Source of the DNA: Eledone cirrhosa
Lineage: Eukaryota
Assembly: GCA_964016885.1 (NCBI GenBank)
Contig: OZ024740.1
Span: forward strand, 242,358,001-242,422,000
Reading direction: 5' to 3'
DNA length: 64,000 nucleotides
Both the position numbers and the translations under genes were made by a program. The notes under the pieces were generated by a model. The model made no database searches. It saw only the letters and a program-made list of their open reading frames with translations, and had not been told where the DNA came from. This document shows, piece by piece, positions 11,901 to 23,927 of this stretch (its first letter is position 1; every line of letters begins with the position of its first letter).

Positions 11901-14900
11901 CCTCCACAGGTTTTACCTCAGTAGCCTCCACAGGTTCCTCCTCAGTAGCCTCCACAGGTTTTACCTCAGTAGCCTCTACAGGTTTCTCCTCAGTAGCTTC
12001 CACAGGTTTTACCTCAGTAGCGTCCACAAGTTTTACCTCAGTAGCCTCCACAGGTTTCACCTCAGTAACCTCCACAGGTTTTTCCTCAGTAACCTCCACA
12101 AGTTTTACCTCAGTAACCTCCACAGGTTTCTCCTCAGTAACCTCCACAGGTTTTGCCTCAGTAGCCTCCACAGGTTTTACCTCAGTAACCTCCACAGGTT
12201 TCACCTCAGTAGGCTCCTCAGCCTTTTCCTCAGAAACCTCCACAGGTTTTTCCTCAGTAACCTCCGCAGGTTTCACCTCAGTAACCTCCACAGGTTTTTC
12301 CTCAGTAGACTCCACAGATTTTACCTCAGTAGGCTCCACAGGTTCCACCTCAGTGACCTCCACAGATTTTACCTCAGTAGGCTCCACAGGTTTCACCTCA
12401 GTAATCTCCACAGGTTTCACCTCAGTGACCTCCACAGCTTTTACCTCAGTAGACTCCTCAGGTTTTTCCTCAGTAACCTCCACAGGTTTTTCTTCAGTAA
12501 CCTCCACAGGTTTTACCTCAGTAGCCTCCACAGGTTTCTCCTCAGTAGGCTCCACAGGTTTCTCCTCAGTAGGCTCCACAGGTTTCTCCTCAGTAGGCTC
12601 CACAGGTTTCTCCTCAGTAGGCTCCACAGGTTTCACCTCAGTAACCTCCACAGGTTTCAACTCAGTAGGTTCCACAGGTTTCTCCTCAGTAGGCTCCACA
12701 GGTTTCACCTCAGTAGCCTCCACAGGTTTCTCCTCAGTAGCCTCCACAGGTTTCTCCTCAGTAGGCTCCACAGGTTTCACCTCAGTAACCTCCACAGGTT
12801 TCACCTCAGTAGGCTCCACAGGTTTCTCCTCAGTAGGCTCCACAGGTTTCACCTCAGTAGCCTCCACAGGTTTCTCCTCAGTAGGCTCCACAGGTTTCAC
12901 CTCAGTAGCCTCAACAGGTTTCTCCTCAGTAACCTCCACAGGTTTCACCTCAGTAGCCTCCACAGGTTTCACCTCAGTAGCCTCCACAGGTTTCACCTCA
13001 GTAGCCTCAACAGGTTTCTCCTCAGTAACCTCCACAGGTTTCACCTCAGTAGCCTCCACAGGTTTCTCCTCAGTAACCTCCACAGGTTTCTCCTCAGTAG
13101 GCTCCACAGGTTTCACCTCAGTAACCTCCACAGGTTTCACCTCAGTAGGCTCCACAGGTTTCTCCTCAGTAGGCTCCACAGGTTTCACCTCAGTAGCCTC
13201 CACAGGTTTCTCCTCAGTAGCCTCCACAGGTTTCACCTCAGTAGCCTCAACAGGTTTCTCCTCAGTAACCTCCACAGGTTTCACCTCAGTAGGCTCCACA
13301 GGTTTCTCCTCAGTAGGCTCCACAGGTTTCACCTCAGTAGCCTCCACAGGTTTCTCCTCAGTAGCCTCCACAGGTTTCACCTCAGTAGCCTCAACAGGTT
13401 TCTCCTCAGTAGCCTCCACAGGTTTCTCCTCAATAGTCTCCACAGGTTTCTCGTCAGTAACCTCCACAAGTTTTACCTCAGTAACTTCCACAGGTTTTAC
13501 CTCAGTAACCTCCACAGGTTTAACCTCAGTAACCTCCACAGGTTTTATCTCAGTAACCTCCACAGGTTTAACCTCAGTAGCAGCTACAGGTTTTTCCTCA
13601 AGACCTTCCACAGGTTTTACCTTAGTGGACTCCACAGGTTTTACCTCAGTAGCCTCCACAGGTTTCTCCTCAGTAGCCTCCACAGGTTTCTCCTCAGTAG
13701 CCTCCACAAGTTTCTCCTCAGTAGCCTCCACAGGTTTTACCTCAGTAGCCTCCACAGGTTTCACCTCAAGAGCCTCCACAGGTTTCTCCTCACTAGCCTC
13801 CACCATTTTCTCCTCAGTAGCCTCCACCATTTTCTCCTCAAGAGCTTCCACAGGTTTTACCTCAGTAGCCTCCAGAGGTTTCTCCTCAGTAACCACCACA
13901 GGTTTTACCTCAGTAGGCTCCACAGGTTTTACCTCAGTAGGCTCAATAGGTTTCTCCTCAGTAGCCTCCACAGGTTTTACCTCAGTAGGCTCGAAAGGTT
14001 TCGCCTCAGTAGGCTCCACAGGTTTTTCTTCAAGAGTCTCCACAGGTTGTACCTCAGTAGACTCTACAGGTTTTACCTCAGTAGCCTCCACAGGTTTCAC
14101 CTCAGTAGGCTCCACAGGTTTCTCCTCAGTAACCTCCGCAGGTTTTACCTCAGTAGCCTCCACAGATTTTAGCTCAGTAGACTCCACAGGTTTCTCCTCA
14201 GTAGCCTCCACGGGTTTCTCCTCAGTAGGCTCCATAGGTTTTACCTCAGTAGCCTCCACAGGTTTCTCCTCAGTAGCCTCCACAGGTTTCTCCTCAGTAG
14301 CCTCCACAGGTTTCTCCTCAGTAGCCTCCACGGGTTTTTCTTCAAGAGTCTCCACAGGTTTTACCTCAGTAGCCTCCACAGGTTTCACCTCAGTACCCTC
14401 CACAGGTTTCATCTCAGTAGCCTCCACAGGTTTCACCTCAGTAACCTCCACAGGTTTTACCTCAGTAGCCTCCACAGGTTTTAACTCAGTAGCCGCAACA
14501 GGTTTCTCCTCAGTAGCCTCCACAGGTTTCACCTCAGTAACCTCCACAGGTTTTACCTCAGTAGCCTCCACAGGTTTTAACTCAGTAGCCTCCACAGGTT
14601 TCTCCTCAGTAGCCTCCACAGGTTTCACCTCAGTAGCCTCCACGGGTTTTTCTTCAAGAGTCTCCACAGGTTTTACCTCAGTAGCCTCCACAGGTTTAAC
14701 CTCAGTAGCCTCCACAGGTTTCACCTCAGTAGCCTCCACAGGTTTCACCTCAGTAGGCTCCACAGGTTTCACCTCAGTAACCTCCACAGGTTTTTCTTCA
14801 AGAGTCTCCACAGGTTTCACCTCAGTAGCCTCCACAGGTTTCACCTCAGTAGCCTCCACAGGTTTCACCTCAGTAGCCTCCAGAGGTTTCACCTCAGTAG

Positions 14901-17900
14901 CGTCCACAGATTTCACCTCAGTAGCCCACACAGGTTTCTCCTCAGTAGCCTCCACAGGTTTTACCTCAGTAGCCTCCACAGGTTTCTCCTCAGTAGCCGC
15001 CACAGGTTTCTCCTCAGTAGCCTCCAGAGGTTTCACCTCAGTAGCCTCCACAGGTTTCACCTCAGTAACGTCCACAGGTTTCTCCTCAGTAGGCTCCACA
15101 GGTTTTACCTCAGTAGCCTCCACAGGTTTCTCCTCAGTAGCCTCCACAGGTTTCACCTCAGTAGACTCCAAAGGTTTTACCTCAGTAGACTCCACAGGTT
15201 TTACCTCAGTAGACTCCACAGGTTTTACCTCAGTAGGCTCCACCGGTTTCTCCTCAGTAGCCTCCACAGGTTTCTCCTCAGTAGCCTCCACAGGTTTCTC
15301 CTCAGTAGCCTCCACAGGTTTCTCCTCAGTAGCCTCCACAGGTTTCTCCTCAGTAGACTCCACAGGTTTTACCTCAGTAGCCTCCACAGGTTTCTCCGCA
15401 GTAGACTCCACAGGTTTTACCTCAGTAGACTCCACAGGTTTTACCTCAGTAGCCTCTACAGGTTTCTCCGCAGTAGACTCCACAGGTTTTACCTCAGTAG
15501 ACTCCACAGGTTTTACCTCAGTAGACTCCACAGGTTTCTCCTCAGTAGCCTCCACAGGTTTTACCTCAGTAGCCTCCACAGGTTTCTCCTCAGTAGACTC
15601 CACAGGTTTTACCTCAGTAGCCTCCACAGGTTTCTCCTCAGTAGACTCCACAGGTTTTACCTCAGTAGACTCCACAGGTTCCTCCACAGTAGCCTCCACA
15701 GGTTCCTCCACAGTAGCCTCCACAGGTTTCTCCTCAGTAGTCTCCAGATTTTTTTCCTCAGTAGCCTCCACAGGTTTCTCCTCAGTAGCCTCCAGAGGTT
15801 TCTCCTCAGTAGCCTCCACAGGTTTCTCCTCAGTAGCCTCCAGAGGTTTCTCCTCAGTAGCCTCAACAGGTTTCTCCTCAGTAGGCTCCACAGGTTTCTC
15901 GTCAGTAGCCTCCACAGGTTTTACCTCAGTAACCTCCACAGGTTTCACCTCAGTAACCTCCACAGGTTTCTCCTCAGTAGACTCCACAGGTTTCTCCTCA
16001 GTAGCCTCCACAGGTTTTACCTCAGTAGCCTCCACAGGTTTCTCCTCAGTAGACTCCACAGGTTTCTCCTCAGTAGCCTCCACAGGTTTTACCTCAGTAG
16101 CCTCGACAGGTTTCTCCTCAGTTGACTCCACAGGTTTTACCTCAGTAACCTCCACAGGTTTCACCTCAGTAGCCTCCACAGGTTTTACCTCAGTAGCCTC
16201 CACAGGTTTCTCCTCAGTAGGCTCCACAGGTTTCTCCTCAGTAGCCTCCACAGGTTTTACCTCAGTAGCCTCCACAGGTTTCTCCTCAGTAGCCTCCACA
16301 GGTTTCTCCTCAGTAGCCTCCACAGGTTTTACCTCAGTAGCCTCCACAGGTTTCTCCTCAGTAACCTCCACAGGTTTCTCCTCAGTAACCTCCACAGGTT
16401 TCTCCTCAGTAGCCTCCAGAGGTTTTACCTCAGTAGCCTCCACAGGTTTCTCCTCAGTAGCCTCCACAGGTTTCTCCTCAGTAGCCTCCACAGGTTTCTC
16501 CTCAGTAGGCTCCACAGGTTTCTCCTCAGTAGCCTCCACAGGTTTTACCTCAGTAGCCTCCACAGGTTTCACCTCAGTAGCCTCCACAGGTTTCTCCACA
16601 GTAGCCTCCAGGGGTTTTACCACAGTAGCCTCCACAGGTTTCTCCTCAGTAGCCTCCACATGTTTCTCCTCAGTAGGCTCCACAGGTTTTACCTCAGTAG
16701 GCTCCACAGGTTTTACCTCAGTAGCCTCCACAGGTTTTGCCTCAGTAGCCTCCACAGGTTTTACCTCAAAAACCTCCACAGGTTTCTCCTCAGTAGGCTC
16801 CACAGGTTTCACCTCAGTAGCCTCCACAGGTTTTGCCTCAGTAGCCTCCACAGGTTTTACCTCAAAAACCTCCACAGGTTTCTCCTCAGTAGCCTCCACA
16901 GGTTTCTCCTCAGTAGGCTCCACAGGTTTTACCCCAGTAGCCTCCACAGGTTTCTCCTCAGTAGCCTCCACAGGTTTTACCTCAAAAACCTCCACAGCTT
17001 TCTCCTCAGTAGCCTCCACAGGTTTTACCTCAGTAGGCTCCACAGGTTTCTCCTCAGTAGCCTCCACAGGTTTTACCTCAGTAGGCTCCACAGGTTTCTC
17101 CTCAGTAGCCTCCACAGGTTTCTCCTCAGTAGCCTCCACAGGTTTCTCCTCAGTAGCCTCCACAGGTTTTACCTCAGTAGGCTCCACAGGTTTCTCCTCA
17201 GTAGCCTCCACAGGTTTTACCTCAGTAGGCTCCACAGGTTTCTCCTCAGTAGCCTCCACAGGTTTCTCCTCAGTAGCCTCCACAGGTTTTACCTCAGTAG
17301 CCTCCACAGGTTTCTCCTCAGTAGGCTCCACAGGTTTCTCCTCAGTAGCCTCCACAGGTTTTACCTCAGTAACCTCCACAGGTTTTACCTCAGTAGGCTC
17401 CACAGGTTTCTCCTCAGTAGCCTCCACAGGTTTTACCTCAGTAGGCTCCACAGGTTTCTCCTCAGTAGCCTCCACAGGTTTCTCCTCAGTAGCCTCCACA
17501 GGTTTTACCTCAGTAGGCTCCACAGGTTTCTCCTCAGTAGCCTCCACAGGTTTTACCTCAGTAGGCTCCACAGGTTTCTCCTCAGTAGCCTCCACAGGTT
17601 TCTCCTCAGTAGCCTCCACAGGTTTTACCTCAGTAGCCTCCATAGGTTTCTCCTCAGTAGCCTCCACAGGTTTTACCTCAGTAACCTCCACAGGTTTTAC
17701 CTCAGTAACCTCCACAGGTTTTACCTCAGTAGGCTCCACGGGTTTCTCCTCAGTAGCCTCCACAGGTTTCTCCTCAGTAGCCTCCACAGGTTTCTCCTCA
17801 GTAACCTCCACAGGTTTCTCCTCAGTAGCCTCTACAGGTTTCACCTCAGTAGCCTCCACAGGTTTTACCTCAGTAGGCTCCACGGGTTTCTCCTCAGTAG

Positions 17901-20900
17901 CCTCCACAGGTTTCACCTCAGTAGCCTCCACAGGTTTCACCTCAGTAGCCTCCACAGGTTTTACCTCAGTAGCCTCCACAGGTTTTAACTCAGTAGCCTC
18001 CACAGGTTTTACCTCAGTAGCCTCCACAGGTTTCTCCTCAGTAGCCTCCACAGGTTTTACCTCAGTAGGCTCCACAGGTTTTACCTCAGTAGCCTCCACA
18101 GGTTTCTCCTCAGTAGCCTCCACAGGTTTTACCTCAGTAGCCTCCACAGGTTTTACCTCAGTAGCCTCCACAGGTTTCTCCTCAGTAGCCTCCACAGGTT
18201 TCTCCTCAGTAGCCTCCACAGGTTTCTCCTCAGTAGCCTCCACAGGTTTCTCCTCAGTAGCCTCCACAGCTTTCTCCTCAGTAACCTCCACAGGTTTTAC
18301 CTCAGTAGCTTCCACAGGTTTTACCTCAGTAACCTCCACAGGTTTTACCTCAGTAGACTCCACGGGTTTCTCCTCAGTAGCCTCCACAGGTTTCACCTCA
18401 GTAGCCTCCACAGGTTTCACCTCAGTAGGCTCCACAGGTTTCACCTCAGTAGCCTCCACAGGTTTCACCTCAGTAGGCTCCACCGGTTTCTCCTCAATAG
18501 CCTCCATAGGTTTCTCCTCAGTAGGCTCCACAGGTTTTACCTCCATAGCCTCCACAGGTTTCTCCTCAGTAGGCTCTTTTTCTGGAGCTTTTCTATCCAC
18601 TCTCATTATTGTAGGTGCAGGCTCATCAATTACTACCTCCTCTTGGATTAGGGTAGCTACAGGCTCTGCCTTTGTTTTCTGCTTTCTTGTTACTGTGGGA
18701 GATGCTCCTACCTTCTTTAGTTCTGTAAATTTAGGAAGGATTGACTCTGTTTTTTGAATGACACTTCCTCTTCTAGTTATATCCATTATCTCTAATGGGC
18801 TCTCTGCTATAAACTCTACCAGACTTAGTCGTTTCTGAAGATAAACACCAGACGGTATATTGGCATCATCTTCTGAGACTTTTTTCAGTTGGCTATCTAT
18901 CTCATTTTGTTTGAGTTCTACCTCTTCTTTAATCACTGTGTGCACAGTTTCTGGTGCCTTTAAATCTTCTTTAATCAATGTGGATGCAGTCTCAAATGAT
19001 TGTAACTTTTTGTCAACCACTATACATGCAGTTTCTGCAGGTTTTACTGCTTCTTTCTCAACTGTGGGTGTGGTCTCTTCAGCGTTTAGTTCTTTAACTA
19101 CATTCATATCAAGTTGCTGTAAATCCCTTAATTTTGTATCAGTATCCTTGCTTAATTCTAATTCACCACCTCTCTCACCATATTCCTGGCCAAATTCTTC
19201 TAATTGCGTTCTAGGTTCATGGGCTTCCAAGTTTTCTACATCTGATTTTTCCACCATAGCTGTTTCGTCATTCTGATTTTCTTCGATTGACTGTCTTGAT
19301 ATTGATTCATTTTGAATGGATGTTTTTGGTGCAATAAATGCATCAACGTCATCATCCTTTACACAATCAGTTGTGGGTGCAGTTTGGGTTGATGGTTTGA
19401 CATTTTTGGTTAAATTGTCAGGCATTATTAGATCTTTTGCAACCTCAAGGGATGCTGTCTCATGCGGTGAAACATCTTGCAGTGAAATTCCACATACATC
19501 TTTGGTAGATTCCAATTCTTGCTCAGAAGACACTGTTTTGGGTGTATGTTTCGATGGTTCTTTGATATCTTCCTTATCCAACTGCTTCATGTCCTTATCG
19601 ACATCCATTTCTTCACTACCATCCAACTTACTTTCGGCAGTCACAACTGATTGGATCACTTCTGCAGCATCAGAGGTTGTAGTGTCAGCTTTATTTTCTT
19701 CCTCTACAAGCTCAGCTGCTGCAGCACTGCTCAGGTTTACTTTCTCTACAATCTTAGTTGTTGTGGAGTCAGGTATGGGTACTTTCTCTACAACCTCATG
19801 GACTGTAGCTTCAGTTGTCCTCATTTTGACTTCATCAGTCATAGAGGTATCCTTTGATGCCTCAGATTCTTTTAGATCAGCTATTAAAAGATTATCAGTT
19901 GGCTTTTCAACTACAGTTTCAAAAGTCAGGGCTTCTAAAGCATTTACACATGCATCAGTAACTAAGTCAATACTACTTGATTTATGTTCATCTTGTATTT
20001 CAGTGAGTATAGCTTCGTTCTTAACATTTTCACTATGAAAACTAATAGATGAGTTTATCTGATCGCTTAAACTTTGAGATAGAGGTTCCTTAACTTCTAA
20101 AGTATCACTTGATTTTTCAGGTTGGCCCATTTGAATAAAATCTTCTAATTCAGATTTCTCTAAAATTACCATTTCAGCAAAATCAGTTGTGGTAGCAGCA
20201 CGCTCACGAGATGTAATATCCTCTTGAACAGGTGCTGATTCATCACAAGTGTCAGATTTTACTTTCTCTGCAACTTCACAGGGTGCACCCAATAGATCTG
20301 ACATCTCCTTAGTAACAATTTGAGATATTCCTAAATCATCTTTATTAAAAATTATTTCTTCTGCACACTTTAAATGGTCTTCTGTAGTTGCTTTACTTTG
20401 AACTTCAACAGTTGCTTTTTCTTTAACATTAACTTCTGCATCTGCAACTTTAATTTCTTCTTCAAAATATGCAGATGTAGCACCTTTGTCCAAAAGTGTG
20501 TCATCTGAATCAGCTATCATTTCAGTTCCACTTTCTTGTTTTACTTTACTAGACTCTGTAAGCTTTAATTCCTCTTGGATGTCAATAAGTAGAGTATCTG
20601 CAGGTTTCATTTCTTTAATCATAGGAGGTTCATTATCTGCTGATTGTATTTCATCTTTCTGTTGAAATGCTGCAATGTCAACATCTGTTTGTTTTTCAAA
20701 AATTTTAGGTGTAGTTTTTGTAGTTAAAGGTTCAATGTCTATAGTTTTCACATTTTCTTCAAATGCTGTCTCTACAGCTGCAATGTCTATCAATGTTTCT
20801 TCTGGAGACTCTATAGGGGCTATCCTCATAGGTTTTAGATCTTTTGTATCTGAAGTTATGTTGACAACTTCTTTCTCTTTAAACTCCATAATTGCAGTGT

Positions 20901-23900
20901 CTGTTAGTTTCACTCCCTCTTCAATATTTGCAGGAACAGGCTGTGTTGGTTTTATGTCTTCTTCAAACAGAGGAACAGCACTTGCAAATTCTTTTAGTTC
21001 ATCATCTTTTGCAAGAGAAGGGACAGTCTCTGGCAATGTTATTTCAACTTTATCTGCAATAGGTGTCATACTTGGGACTTTTGCTGCTTCCTTAAATTCA
21101 CTGGTTGCTGTAGTAGCACATAAAGTCTCTTCTGTGACTTCACCAGATTCAGTTTTTGTAGGGTTTATACCATTTTTCACCTGTGATTCTTCACCATCAC
21201 CAGGATTTTCATTAGATGCTTTGTCTGGTTCTGTTGTTTTAATTATACTGCCATTTTTAGTTACTTCCATCATTTCTAATGGATTTTCTGTCAGAAATTC
21301 TACCAGACTTAATCTTTTCTCACGATTAATGCCAGAAGGAATGCTGGTAATATCTTGTGAGTCGAAAGTTGTTTCTTTTAAATGGCTTACCTCCTCCTTA
21401 ATCACTGTAGGTGCAGTCTCTACTGGTTTTACCTCATTTTTTATCACTGTGGGTGCAGCCTCTGCTGGTTTTATCATTGTAGGTAGAGACATTTCAATAG
21501 TTTTTTCTTCTTTAACTAGAGGAGGTGTGATCATTTCTGTTTGGTCAACTACAGCCTCTGTTGCTTTTACTTCTTTAACATCACTAGGTGCAGTCTTTTC
21601 AATGGATTCTTCCACTTTAGCCAGAGAAGATACAGTTTCTTTAATTAGTGTAGGTGCAGGCTCTGCAATCACTGTTTCTTTCTTAATTAGTGTAGGTGAA
21701 GGCTCTGCAATTGATATTTGCTCTTTAATTACTGTAGAAGAAGGCTCTACCTGCTTTAATAGTGTAACCTTAGAAAGATCTGGCTCAATAGTTTGAAAGA
21801 CACTTCCTCTTCTAGTTATTTCCCTTATTTCTACTGGACTTTCTGCTAGAAACTCCACCAGACTTAATCTTTTGTTCAGATTAATACCAGAAGGTATACT
21901 AGCACTATCTTGGGAGTCTTCTTCCAAATGAGTATCACTTTCCTGTGGTTCAGTTTCAACTTCCTTACTTGTTTCTGATGCTTCTTTAAATTGGTCTGTC
22001 ATACTTACATCTTGTAAATGAGCTATGTCAGTTGGACATATTTCCATACTTTTTCTTCTGGAGGCTTCTGGCATCTCTGTAGGATTTACTTCCATAAAAG
22101 CTATTTTATCATCTGAAATAGAGATTTCAGCTGGCATTTCAACCTTAGAAGGAACTGGTTCCTTCTCTGCCTGTTCATGGATAGTTGTAGAGAAGGAGCT
22201 ACAAATATCCATTTTAGAGAATATTACATCTTTTCTTAAACTTTCTTCTTCAACATTCTTCTTAGAGTCATCCACAACCTTTTTCAGCATATCATCAGAT
22301 GCTGTCATGTCTGCTGTCACAACCATTTCTGTATCTTTTATTTCAGCACTTTCTTCAGCAAATTCAAGTGTTTCATTACTGTCAACACTGTGAGTTTCAT
22401 CTAAAGAATAGTACTGTTCCAAACTCTCATCGGGCATATCACCTGAGGAATGATTATCACCCTCAACAGCTTCTAATACCTTAACAGAATCTTCTGGACT
22501 TATTTTTATTGTTTCATCTAATGTGCACTGACCTTTTCTCATTTCTTCTGCTACTTCTGAAATGAGACTTTCAATTTTTTCTTGAATGACTTTAGTTTCA
22601 ATATCAGATGTGTGCATATATTCAACCTTATGTAAAGAACTGACTTCAACAGTCTCTTCGTTAAAGCTTGTATCATCTTCCTCAACTGATGATAACAGCT
22701 TGACTGCACTCGAAGCATCTGCTACCTCTGATTTTGTAGCTGTTTGAAACATTGATGATTGCTCAGACTTCAATTTCTGAGGCATTGTTTCTATGATACT
22801 TGCTGCTGAATCTGAAGTTGAATCACTGCTGGAAAGTGAACCAACCTTAGATTTTGCAATAACTTCACTGCTTTGGCACACGTTTTTGCTGTCTGCACTT
22901 GTACTGGATGCTTCATGATTTTGTCGAGAATCCAAAGCATCAGTATAAAATGTAGGCATCCTTTCCTGATTTTCAATATATGAAGTTTCAGCAGCAGTTT
23001 GTTTCGAAATAATTTCTTCATCAGAAGATTTTTTATTTTTGACATCCTTATTATCAGAGTTTCCAAAAGGAATTGATTCATCTGAATCAGAAAGTGACAC
23101 TTCTTCTTCTTCAACATACGAGCTATCAGTGTCAGACTTCTGGTCTCCATAACCTGTTGAATCAGAGTCCAGCAGTGAAGGATCTCTTTCTATAACAGAG
23201 TTTTCTTCGGACTCAGAATCACTTTCTTCATCAGTTTTGGTAATGGATATTTGACAAGATTCTGATGAAATTAATGTCAAAGTTTCTTTGCTTCCTTCAG
23301 ATTCACTGCCTGTAGCAGATGCTCCACTAGACTGAAATGCTTTGCTGACTTCAATTCCAAGATCAGAAACCTGTTCTGATGAAGGCTTAGAACTGTCTCC
23401 TACATTCATACTTTTGACATTTGTTTCACAAGGCAGGCACTGAGATTTTTTGAAAGACTTGGTATCTTTATCACAACTTTCTAAACCCTTCAGTGAAGGA
23501 AATCCAGTTTTTTCAATATTCAATTCCATTCCTGTAATTTGGGGTTTGGGTTTAGTCGAAGTACTACACAAAGTTATTGTATGAGGTTTGACATCCTTTT
23601 CAATTATATTAGGGCAAACACTTTCGTGGAGAGACGAAGACTGAATTTGTTGCCCTTGAGCTGATAAAATACTTATATCACCATGAAAATCAGGTGAAGG
23701 AGGGGAAGTAATGTCAGGTGTAGCAGTATGAAACTCATAACAAGCATCAGCAGGAGAAGTGACATCACCTGTTTTATCGGAAGAAGAAAACCCATCTTGT
23801 GATGAATGTGTCAGCAAGCCGTATGGCGGAATCCCTTTTGCATAGCTCTCATCACGATCACATGTTGAGGGAGGAGAAGTCAAAACCACTCCTTCATCTG

Positions 23901-23927
23901 CACCATACATACCATCTCCATGTGTAT
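8953..23927 (-). CDS. Giant coding exon (~14.97 kb, ~4990 codons): acidic, probably disordered protein with an 8-aa E/V/K/P/T repeat array and a basic S/K/P-rich C-terminal part
   Basis: Uninterrupted 4985-aa ORF 8953-23910. Splice acceptor catcctctttcag|ATACACATGG at 23928/23927 lies 17 nt upstream of the ORF ATG (phase 1). No signal peptide, TM segment or globular domain recognised. Architecture resembles cytoskeletal/MAP or titin-PEVK-like proteins but orthology is not established. Confidence 0.9.
10400..18575 (-). repeat. Coding 24-bp minisatellite, ~340 units, consensus + strand cctccacaggttt(c/t)(a/t)cctcagtag; peptide (E/V)KPVE(A/P/V/S)TE
   Basis: Directly visible 24-nt periodicity with no frameshift or stop over ~8.2 kb. 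Confidence 0.98.

Noticed and set aside
10400-18575. Regular short repeat suggestive of a CRISPR array
   Set aside because: Head-to-tail units with no unique spacers, in frame within a eukaryotic exon, no cas genes.
12353-18757. 2134-aa + strand ORF (STGFSSVA repeats) and 442-aa ORF 16660-17988
   Set aside because: Antisense shadows of the 24-bp coding repeat; starts are alternative codons and there is no independent gene signal.
9122-22484. Other + strand ORFs overlapping the giant exon (9122-9691, 18860-19276, 19316-20038, 20675-21796, 22025-22393)
   Set aside because: In-register antisense frames of an E/K/T/S-rich CDS; the hydrophobic look comes from complementary codons.
8953-23927. 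Assigning a gene symbol (titin, futsch/MAP1B, tau/MAP2, neurofilament)
   Set aside because: Only compositional resemblance; no Ig/Fn3, MAP1, tubulin-binding or IF rod domain is visible in the window.
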